DNA from: Burkholderiales bacterium
GTDB lineage: Bacteria > Pseudomonadota > Gammaproteobacteria > Burkholderiales > Burkholderiaceae_C
Length of the DNA: 64,000 bases
Direction of reading: 5' to 3'
NCBI GenBank assembly: GCA_038208175.1
Contig: JBBQZA010000001.1
Location: 4,984 to 68,983, forward strand
Positions 33,102 to 39,677 of this stretch are shown here, in pieces (positions within the stretch are counted from its first letter, which is position 1; each line of letters opens with the position of its first letter). The notes beneath the pieces were generated by a model that saw only the letters and a program-made list of their open reading frames with translations, was not told where the DNA came from and made no database searches. The translations under genes were made by a program, and so were the position numbers.

Positions 33102-33625
33102 ATCGGGATAGGAAGAAGCCTCACGGCCCCTCCCTCCCACACCACCGTGCGTACGGGTCACGTACACGGCGGTTCGGCAGATTGAGTCAGCATGCATCAA
33201 CACATTGTGCCAAATTGACACATTGAATCTGCGCATGACAACCGGAGCATCATTTCTGACCGCGCCAACCACGCGTTCACCCCAGCCCGCAGACTCACGC
33301 CCACAGGACTCGCCGGGTGCAGTCGCATCATTCCTTGGCAAGTGATTTCCCCTCTCTTTCAATCCCCTCTCGGGGCACCGTTCGGGCCTTTGGAAAACCC
33401 TTTGTGGCTCGGCGCCTTGGCTGGTCCACTACGCCCTCTGCTGACTTCTGTGCTGCGGTCAAGGCCGGTTTCCCGTCCTTCCGTCGTTGCCGCTTTCGCG
33501 TTGGCGACACAGGGCAGATCTCCCGTGGTAAGACACGAATCCTTCCTCGCATAGACGCCGGATTTACAAAATGCAGCCCATTTGCAGATGGAGGGCTTGG
33601 TGGTCACGTGCCCACTGGCCCCGGT
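33102..33625 (-). mobile_element. Group II intron, class IIC, ORF-less and 5'-truncated, inserted at an attC core site
   Basis: Minus strand: domain V GAACCGCCGTGTACGTGACCCGTACGCACGGTGGTGT (33175-33139), domain VI ending CTATCCCGAT at 33102; upstream class-C-like segments TCTTACCACGGGAGATCTG and AGAAGTCAGCAGAGGGCGTAGT; no RT motifs; 3' exon TAGCC. Confidence 0.85.
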
Positions 33626-33724
33626 GCCATGCAAAACCAGCACCCGAACCCGCGGCCGCTGGAACGCGCGGCAATCCGGCAACTGCTGCAAGATGCGTTT
33701 GAGGGAGTGCGGGCGAGGGAGTGA
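33626..33724 (+). pseudogene. C-terminal remnant of maleylacetate-reductase-like (Fe-ADH family) gene, copy 1
   Basis: AMQNQHPNPRPLERAAIRQLLQDAFEGVRARE resembles the NPYxNPRPxERxAIRxLLQxAxEG C-terminus of maleylacetate reductases. Confidence 0.6.
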
Positions 33725-33741
33725 TGAGCGTGTCGACAGCC

Positions 33742-34221
33742 CTACAAGCGTGCCTGACCAGCGGCTCGCTTGAGCAACATGACACGGTTAGTCGCGAACC
33801 AATCGCCAACTTTTTCCAGGAAAGGTGCCGCAATTGCGATTCCCTCTTCTACTTCATCGACCTCCACCTTGAAAGCGGCGCGGTACTTGCGGTTTCTCCA
33901 ATCGCGCAGGGTGTCCAATTCATCGAACTGATGTTGCGTGAGCCCGACCGCTTGGGCCGCGCCCTCGAGTACCACCGCATGGTGCCCCTTTTCGCTTCCA
34001 GCTCGATACCCTTGGGCGCATGCAACGGCCAGACAGCAAAAAAGAACGGCGTCATAGGCCGCGTCCATACGGGTGGCTGGTGACACCGCCTTCATCCTCG
34101 CGTCTTTGAGCTTGATTTGCGCCTGCTGCAGCCAGGACATCACGTCTGGGCCATTAGCCGGCTGCTCGCGTAGCGGCGAGCCCGGCTCAGCGCTCAGTTT
34201 CTGAAATGACTGCAGCATCAA
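33742..34221 (-). CDS. HEPN-domain protein (MNT-HEPN TA partner)
   Basis: AYDAVL, GHHAVV, LRDWRNRKY; overlaps the MNT gene end. Confidence 0.7.
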   Translation of the reverse strand: MMLQSFQKLSAEPGSPLREQPANGPDVMSWLQQAQIKLKDARMKAVSPATRMDAAYDAVLFCCLAVACAQGYRAGSEKGHHAVVLEGAAQAVGLTQHQFDELDTLRDWRNRKYRAAFKVEVDEVEEGIAIAAPFLEKVGDWFATNRVMLLKRAAGQARL

Positions 34222-34786
34222 AATCCCCTATCAATGCGATCTTCGGGCCGCGCACGATTTCGCCTGCAAAACTCTCCCTAGCCTGGATCTGATTTCGAAA
34301 ACCTTTGATGGTACTGACGGATGCATGGACTGGGCGCCCGAGCTTGCGGCCAACAGGTTTGAGAAGGGTGTTGAGCTTCAACTCAGAGACGTTGCCGAGC
34401 GCGAGCACATCGATGTCGCTGTCGGCGTTTTCATCGCCGCGTGCAATGGAGCCAAAGAGGAGCGCAACCTGGACGCCTTCCACGCCATCGAGAAAGTCGC
34501 GAAGGGCATGGACCAACGCGCTGTCTTGCTGCATCAGCGTGACCAAGGGTGCCAAAGAAGTGTCCTTGCTCGCGTAGTACCGAGGCAGCCCGTCTTTTTG
34601 TACCCGCTGCACGAGTCCCGCCTCCGTCCACCGTTTCAGTAGGCGGGAGACGTTCCCGGGGTCTATGCCGGCTGCTTTGGCCAGTTCCCGTTGGCCGAAA
34701 CCTCGACCTGGCTCAGAAAAAATCGCACGCAATGCCTTGTACCGGTCGGCGCTTCCGAAGATCTCAGTGAGAGTGGCTTGGTTCAT
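34187..34786 (-). CDS. Minimal nucleotidyltransferase with N-terminal HTH (MNT antitoxin)
   Basis: LFGSIARG...DSDIDVL; N-terminal GQRELAKAAGIDPGNVSRLL HTH. Confidence 0.85.
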   Translation of the reverse strand: MNQATLTEIFGSADRYKALRAIFSEPGRGFGQRELAKAAGIDPGNVSRLLKRWTEAGLVQRVQKDGLPRYYASKDTSLAPLVTLMQQDSALVHALRDFLDGVEGVQVALLFGSIARGDENADSDIDVLALGNVSELKLNTLLKPVGRKLGRPVHASVSTIKGFRNQIQARESFAGEIVRGPKIALIGDFDAAVISETER

Positions 34787-34806
34787 GTATGGATGCTGTC
34801 GAATTG

Positions 34807-34866
34807 GCTACATTGTAGCTAAATCAACTACAAATATGCAATAACTACTACGATGTAGTTGATTTA
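34807..34866. promoter_or_regulatory. Operator-like repeats upstream of MNT: GCTACA-T-TGTAGC (34807-34819) and TAAATCAACTACA-N21-TGTAGTTGATTTA (34820-34866)
   Basis: Perfect inverted repeats seen in an AT-rich region 21 bp upstream of the HTH-MNT start. Confidence 0.65.
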
Positions 34867-34946
34867 ACATCGGCGCCGCGACTGGTCCAGCGCAAACATC
34901 CGAACATGGTCCGGGTTGATGATTCGGCTGGCCTGATTCAGGCAAT

Positions 34947-35040
34947 GGCGACATTGCACTGTAGAACCGATACCCTGATCTGCGGCCACTGGAACGTGCG
35001 GCAATCCGGCAACTGCTGCAGGATGCGTTTGAGGGGGATG
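34947..35040 (+). pseudogene. C-terminal remnant of maleylacetate-reductase-like gene, copy 2
   Basis: GDIAL*NRYPDLRPLERAAIRQLLQDAFEGD; 50/53 nt identical to copy 1 over 34983-35035. Confidence 0.6.
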
Positions 35041-35118
35041 CGGCCTTGGGGGTGAAGAGCGGGTGGGAAGGGCTTCAACGAGCCCATGGCGGTCGTCGCG
35101 GGCTTTGGAAAGCGGACT

Positions 35119-35216
35119 GCTCAACGTTCCGGTTGAGCAGCGCGCCGAGCGCGATGCGAGCGCCGCTGAGAAGCGTCCGGCGCGTCTGCCTCAAACATGG
35201 CTTCGCACGATCTAAC
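35119..35216 (-). other. Degenerate attC (35119-35206) plus isolated R' core GTTAGAT (35210-35216)
   Basis: Arms GTTGAGCAGCGCGCCG / CGGCGCGTCTGCCTCAAAC; one core (GTTGAGC) intact, the other decayed. Confidence 0.5.
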
Positions 35217-35393
35217 CTTGTCGGAACGGATAGCGCGCAAGCAAGGCTTCCATCATTCTCCGCCCAATACCCTTCCGCTGAAAATTAGGATGCACTAGCA
35301 GATGCGGAAAGTACACGACCACCCGTTCCCTCTGTAAATAGCGAGGACTTCTTCTGCGTCGACGTTGTCGGAAAGAGAAATGTTCGCATCCAT
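35212..35393 (-). pseudogene. GNAT acetyltransferase cassette remnant (internal deletion, truncated)
   Basis: MDANISLSDNVDAEEVLAIYRGNGWS, then in another frame VYFPHLLVHPNFQRKGIGRRMMEALLARY (GNAT motif A). Confidence 0.7.
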
Positions 35394-35408
35394 GGCAGCG
35401 ATTGGGAG

Positions 35409-35472
35409 GTCTAACGTTGGAGCTACGCGGCGACGCGCTTGCGCGGCGTCCGGCTTGAGCGCGCAGTTATAC
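35409..35472 (-). other. attC site (64 bp)
   Basis: Minus strand GTATAAC-TGCGC-GCTCAAG...CGTAGC-TCCAAC-GTTAGAC. Confidence 0.85.
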
Positions 35473-35746
35473 GTGCCGGCCCGTCCACAAGGCGACCCGA
35501 AACATATTTGTGAAGCACACTGGCCATCAATGTTTGGTATGGCAGCCCCTCTGCTGCCGCTTTGGCCTGGAGCCCCTCAAGATCAATTGCCGAAATGCGG
35601 ATGTTCACACGCCTATTCTTAAGCAATGTTTCGGCCGCCGCTTCGCGATAGCGATCCATTTCCTTTTTCAGATTCTTTATAGGTTCCCATTCGCCTTTTT
35701 CAAACGAGCGCAGGACTTCCGCTTCGTACTCTTTATCACTCTTCAT
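35423..35746 (-). CDS. CopG/BrnA-like antitoxin
   Basis: KNRRVNIRISAIDLEGLQAKAAAEGLPYQTLMASVLHKYV ribbon-helix-helix; ORF runs into the attC. Confidence 0.82.
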   Translation of the reverse strand: MKSDKEYEAEVLRSFEKGEWEPIKNLKKEMDRYREAAAETLLKNRRVNIRISAIDLEGLQAKAAAEGLPYQTLMASVLHKYVSGRLVDGPARITARSSRTPRKRVAA

Positions 35747-36029
35747 CGCTAACCTCGCTTAGAAATCGCTTCGTCGCTTTGCGACTAGGCATGATTGTCT
35801 TAAGGAATATTTCATCTTCTGACTCGACCAACGGGACCAGGTGGGCGTAGGCTCGGACCTTCACCACCCAAATTCTCTGGTTCGGATACTTTCGCTGATT
35901 GGGATGGTCTAAAACAGTCAGTAGACCGCCCTGCTCAATGCTCGAGAGGATCTCCTCAAACGAAACGCCTCGCTCTTGCATGAGTTCGATATTCTTCTCA
36001 GGGTTCCAGCGAATCGGCTTTTTTTGCAT
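35736..36029 (-). CDS. BrnT-like toxin
   Basis: WNPEKN..L..ERGVSFEE, HPNQ.KYP.Q, VP.VE...EIFLKTI.PSRKAT. Confidence 0.82.
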   Translation of the reverse strand: MQKKPIRWNPEKNIELMQERGVSFEEILSSIEQGGLLTVLDHPNQRKYPNQRIWVVKVRAYAHLVPLVESEDEIFLKTIMPSRKATKRFLSEVSDEE

Positions 36030-36038
36030 CTAGGCAGC

Positions 36039-36068
36039 ATTATACCGCCGTGTGCCGTATGTGCTCAA
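36039..36068 (-). promoter_or_regulatory. Sigma70-like promoter TTGAGC-N18-TATAAT for the BrnT/BrnA-like pair
   Basis: Perfect -10 hexamer 9 bp upstream of the toxin ATG. Confidence 0.6.
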
Positions 36069-36074
36069 TTGTAT

Positions 36075-36577
36075 ATCGAGTCGGGGCGTGTCGCGCTCGG
36101 CGTCATGGAAGGCGCGGTCATGGAGCATCAGTTGGGCCTGGTGGAAGGCCCTTGCTGGCTGGAAGCGAGTAGCGCGGTACTGAACTTGGCGCATACGGTG
36201 GATGCGGTGGCTGAAACCGAAGTCTGCCTGCGACAGGTGCCGCTGGCCGAATTTCACCGTTCGCTGGCCCGCATGTCAGGGTCGGCCCAAGTCGTGTTCC
36301 ATGACATGGCGCTGGCACATCGCCAGCAGACCGAGTTCGCCGTCAGTCGCCTCGCCAAGGACGCCGAGGCGCGCTGTGCCGAGTGGTTGCTGCGTCATGC
36401 CGAAACCGGTGACGAGGGCGTGATGGCAGTGTTGCTGCAGCGGCGCAACTCGGCATTGCCCCTGAAACCCTGTCCCGCGTGCTGCGCCATCTGCGTGAGC
36501 GCTGCCTGATCAGCGGCTCCGGGCGCACCTTGAATGTGGTTGACCCGGGCGGCTTGCGCACGCTGGCCGGGTTTTAA
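36075..36577 (+). pseudogene. Crp/Fnr family regulator remnant (5'-truncated, frameshifted)
   Basis: EGPCWLE, AEARCAEWLL, then in another frame LGIAPETLSRVLRHLRERCLISG (Crp HTH). Confidence 0.75.
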
Positions 36578-36733
36578 GGGTGGACTGATTGCGGTCCATC
36601 ACCCGCTCCACTTTCTGTCTGTTTGACAGGATACATGCCGGACGCTTGCGATCAGAAAATTCAAGAATAGAGCAAAGACCGGCAAGAAAACGACATACCC
36701 TGTCGTTGACACCCACCCTGCAAACTCCTGCGC

Positions 36734-36792
36734 ACGTTACATTAGAGTTAAGCGGGCGGCTGCAAGCCAGTCCGACTTGAACGACGTTAGGC
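36734..36792 (-). other. attC site (59 bp), R' core degenerate
   Basis: Minus strand GCCTAAC-GTC-GTTCAAG...CTTAAC-TCTAAT-GTAACGT. Confidence 0.7.
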
Positions 36793-37536
36793 GTCTTCCG
36801 CTTTGCTGTGCCGACTGAGGAAGTCTTTTGCTTCATGAACGAGTCGCTCCTGTAGTTTGGCATGTTTCACATTTGGCGAAGGTTGCTCCAGCATTCGTTT
36901 TACCGAATAGCGGGCGGGGCGCAGTGTCGGTTTGTGTCCATTGAAGTACAGGCTCCAGAGCGACGAGTAGAGGCGAGCAAGAAAGACTAGGATCTGTCGC
37001 AACTCCTTGAGATTTGTCTTGGCGAACAGCTCACCCACTTCTTCGCGCGTAGTGACGCCACGATGGGCAAATACCTTGTGGCGACACGGGCGGTATTTCT
37101 CTTCGTAGAGCTTTCGCCTAACTGTGACGTGCCGCTTCAAGTTTCGGAAATCTTCTCGCGATGGCACATACACCGTCGCAAGATACTCGGGTAGCCATTC
37201 TTCTGCGTTCGCGCTGAGCTTGCGCTTTCGGTTGGCCAGTGCGTCTTTGGAGAAAATGTCGAGATTCGCATGTGCCAGCGCCAAGAGTCGCGTGACGCTG
37301 TAGTTGCTCTGATCGGGGTCGAAGATTCGCCCTAGTGCCACAAGTGCAGAGGCCTGAAGCGCACCGAGCGCAGTATTCCAGAACAGTGGTGCCTCATTGA
37401 GCATGCGGAAGACCGCCTTGTCTTTGGCCGCGACGGCGTGTACTGCATCCCATGCGAAGAAAAACTGCAGCGCGCTCTCCGCCTCGGTACGAAATAGCTC
37501 TAGCTGTCTCTCGAAGTCTGCGGACGGCGATGGCAT
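36787..37536 (-). CDS. HEPN AbiU2-like cassette protein (249 aa)
   Basis: LGRIFD, RHKVFAH (RxxxxH-type motif); cassette core GTTAGGCGT is the exact 9-bp complement of its own R'' ACGCCTAAC. Confidence 0.65.
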   Translation of the reverse strand: MPSPSADFERQLELFRTEAESALQFFFAWDAVHAVAAKDKAVFRMLNEAPLFWNTALGALQASALVALGRIFDPDQSNYSVTRLLALAHANLDIFSKDALANRKRKLSANAEEWLPEYLATVYVPSREDFRNLKRHVTVRRKLYEEKYRPCRHKVFAHRGVTTREEVGELFAKTNLKELRQILVFLARLYSSLWSLYFNGHKPTLRPARYSVKRMLEQPSPNVKHAKLQERLVHEAKDFLSRHSKAEDA

Positions 37537-37548
37537 GAGCGTAGAGAC

Positions 37549-37614
37549 GCCTAACGTAGAGGTCACCGGCGGAGCACCGCAGGCGCGAAGTCCGCGTGAA
37601 CCGTAGGGTTGGCA
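37549..37614 (-). other. attC site (66 bp)
   Basis: Minus strand TGCCAAC-CCTAC-GGTTCAC...GTGACC-TCTAC-GTTAGGC; canonical 5-bp spacers and extra base in L''. Confidence 0.9.
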
Positions 37615-38156
37615 CCGGCCAGCGCTTGCCATGCGGCATGTATGTGTTCATAGAGTGCAAGGAGTTGATCGACTCTAGGGCGCGAAGCCGTGTTTGGAAT
37701 GTTCGTCGCATCGATGTGCTCGACTGAACCAACGACAACCGAAGGGACATCGTAGTTCTCTTTGAGCGACTCCTTCGTCCATTTGGGCGTCGGGTACCTT
37801 CCGGCCCAGACAACATATCGTTCGGCGTGAAGCATCAGTTGTTCTTGTTCGGCGCTCAAAAACCCAGCTCCGCAGAGAACGATGACATCGTGACGGTAGA
37901 TGTCTTCTCGCGGCCCTGCATTACTTCTAAGGTAGTAGGCTTTGGCGATTAACTCCAAGGCCAGCGATGCGAGGAACTCTGCCGTCGGAAGCAGCATGAT
38001 GCTCTGAAACGTGGGGGATTCAATTGCAGCGTCGAAATCGCTCAGAAGCTGCTTTGAGGAGACGAGAAATTGCCTGGACTTGAATTCCCAGGTGTCATGA
38101 TCGAACGCAGCGGCGTCGCCGTCGGCTCGCCAACTGATAGAAGTGCCTGGCTGCAT
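37563..38156 (-). CDS. Hypothetical cassette protein, possibly HEPN-fold
   Basis: LALELIAKAY...HDVIVLC and WAGRYP resemble HEPN-like helical proteins; ORF ends inside the attC. Confidence 0.55.
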   Translation of the reverse strand: MQPGTSISWRADGDAAAFDHDTWEFKSRQFLVSSKQLLSDFDAAIESPTFQSIMLLPTAEFLASLALELIAKAYYLRSNAGPREDIYRHDVIVLCGAGFLSAEQEQLMLHAERYVVWAGRYPTPKWTKESLKENYDVPSVVVGSVEHIDATNIPNTASRPRVDQLLALYEHIHAAWQALAGANPTVHADFAPAVLRR

Positions 38157-38163
38157 ATGAGGG

Positions 38164-38253
38164 GCCTAATCGATTAGAGCTAACCGGCGCTGCGCGGCTT
38201 TATCGCGCAGCGTCCAGCGACCGAAGGGAGCGAGGTTGAGCGCCATGGTAGGT
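38164..38253 (-). other. attC site (90 bp), both cores mutated
   Basis: Plus strand GCCTAAT...GAGCTAACCGGCGCTGCGCGGCTTTATCGCGCAGCGTCC...GGTTGAGCGCCATGGTAGGT; cores read ATTAGGC and ACCTACC on minus. Confidence 0.65.
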
Positions 38254-38272
38254 CGGTCAGTGCGCATGGCAG

Positions 38273-38776
38273 TCATTTGCCTTCCAATAGCTTTCTTTTC
38301 TGAGCTTCAAATTCGGCTTCAGTCAGAATTCCGCGCTTGCGGAGGTCGTCGAGCTTGATGAGTTCGGCGTAGACGTCTTTGGGGCGGTCAGTTTGATCCT
38401 TGGTTTTCACGTCCGAAGTAATCTTCTCGGTCTTCTCAATAACGACATCTGCTCTTGGCACAAGGGACGTTCTGCGAACCTCTGGGTCGTTCTTGTCGAC
38501 GACCCTGAATTGGTATTCGAATGACGCCCATTGAGCAGGGCCGTTGCCCATGGGCTTCTCTTTCGAGGAGAGCGGAATTGCAACCTTGCCTTGACTCTCT
38601 GCGAAGGCATTTGCATCGTTGATGACACCTGCCTTCAACGCACTCGTGCTCGCAAATATGCCGCCGTGTGCTTCTCTTGACAGCATGTATGTATCAGGGG
38701 AGAGCTTAACGATGCCTGGATTCGCGCAACCAGACAAAGCGGCGATGCTCAAACAGAATGCCAGTGTGTTTCGCAT
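38273..38776 (-). CDS. Lipoprotein with C-terminal SHOCT domain (cassette)
   Basis: Lipobox LSGC; C-terminal ELIKLDDLRKRGILTEAEFEAQKRKLL. Confidence 0.85.
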   Translation of the reverse strand: MRNTLAFCLSIAALSGCANPGIVKLSPDTYMLSREAHGGIFASTSALKAGVINDANAFAESQGKVAIPLSSKEKPMGNGPAQWASFEYQFRVVDKNDPEVRRTSLVPRADVVIEKTEKITSDVKTKDQTDRPKDVYAELIKLDDLRKRGILTEAEFEAQKRKLLEGK

Positions 38777-38808
38777 GAATTCTCCAAGGAGGTGGGATTG
38801 AAAGCGAG

Positions 38809-38892
38809 ACCTAACGATCAGCGTTTATCTGCCGAGAGGCAAAGCTGGAAGAAACCAAGAGCGCCTCCTTCGGCAGATAAACCACGTTGGAC
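38809..38892 (-). other. attC-like site (84 bp), near-identical to 39492-39575
   Basis: GTCCAAC...GTTAGGT ends; 12-bp arms GTTTATCTGCCG/CGGCAGATAAAC; atypical spacers. Confidence 0.75.
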
Positions 38893-39043
38893 TGAACCGC
38901 CGGCACAGCGGTTGACTTACAGGGGACTGTAAGTTTGAAGCGGATGAAGCGGGACAGTTTTGAGCACAGTGCTGGGCTGACTGCGGCTGTGTGTGATGCG
39001 TGCACGGCAGCCACCGAGTCGCATGATGCGTTTACCCCCTGCA

Positions 39044-39484
39044 TCATCGGCGCGCACCTTGAACGCCGCGTGCATGTTTTGTGGGCGTGATGTGGCGGGG
39101 AGGAAAGTACCACCAGGCGGCCACGACGAGCAAGCCGAACAGCGTGTATGCGAGGGTAAACGCCCAGAACGGAGCCTCGTAGTAGAGCAGACGTTGAACC
39201 CAGTGTTCGATGAAGCCGTGCTCGTACGCAGGCTGTGCGCACTGTACGCGAAGCCATGATTCGAGTGTGGTGAGTGGGCAGAGTTTGCCGAGCCAGGACT
39301 GTGCGACGACGACGCCGATTGCGGCAAGGTGAGCGAGGCGGAACCAGATGTTGTTGACCCAACGCCAAGAGCGGAGGTTGCCTACGATGACCATGAACAG
39401 GCCGCCGACAACGAACACGACGACTGCGAAGTGCAGAAGAAGCACCGCATCAGCCAGTAGCTGATACGGCAGAGACGGTTGCAT
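39044..39484 (-). CDS. DUF2784-family membrane protein (cassette)
   Basis: LADAVLLLHF..V.FVVGG, FRLAHL, CPLTTLE.WLR, FIEHWVQRLLYY. Confidence 0.85.
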   Translation of the reverse strand: MQPSLPYQLLADAVLLLHFAVVVFVVGGLFMVIVGNLRSWRWVNNIWFRLAHLAAIGVVVAQSWLGKLCPLTTLESWLRVQCAQPAYEHGFIEHWVQRLLYYEAPFWAFTLAYTLFGLLVVAAWWYFPPRHITPTKHARGVQGARR

Positions 39485-39491
39485 TTGCGGC

Positions 39492-39575
39492 GCCTAACGA
39501 TTAGCGTTTATCTGCCGCGAGGCAAAGCTGGAAGAAACCATGATCGCCTCCTTCGGCAGATAAACCTTGTTGGAC
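39492..39575 (-). other. attC-like site (84 bp), first of the array
   Basis: GTCCAAC...GTTAGGC; DUF2784 ATG lies 7 bp after the core. Confidence 0.75.
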
Positions 39576-39677
39576 CACTATACCAACTTCAAACGACGCC
39601 ACCATCATATTTTCGGCGCCGGCTTGCTGTACTGCTTTGCCGCCAGGTAGCGGCGCCGCTGGCTGCGCTGCGAACGC

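Larger units (their letters stand above)
32543..39575 (-). mobile_element. Integron cassette array without integrase (CALIN)
   Basis: At least 7 attC-like sites with RYYYAAC...GTTRRRY ends bracketing short minus-strand ORFs; no tyrosine recombinase ORF recognised in the window. Confidence 0.85.

Noticed and set aside
33099-33833. ORFs 33099-33362, 33317-33724, 33328-33552, 33359-33691 and 33564-33833 as genes or an intron RT
   Set aside because: They overlap structured intron RNA and lack RT (YADD) motifs; only the last ~32 codons of 33317-33724 look protein-derived.
38893-39043. Possible IS end (TGAACCGCC...) or small RNA between DUF2784 and its attC
   Set aside because: Only two short hairpins; no partner inverted repeat, target duplication or transposase fragment.
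38809-39575. CRISPR array suggested by the two near-identical repeats
   Set aside because: Only two 84-bp units separated by a 600-bp gene-containing spacer, with attC-type ends and no cas genes.
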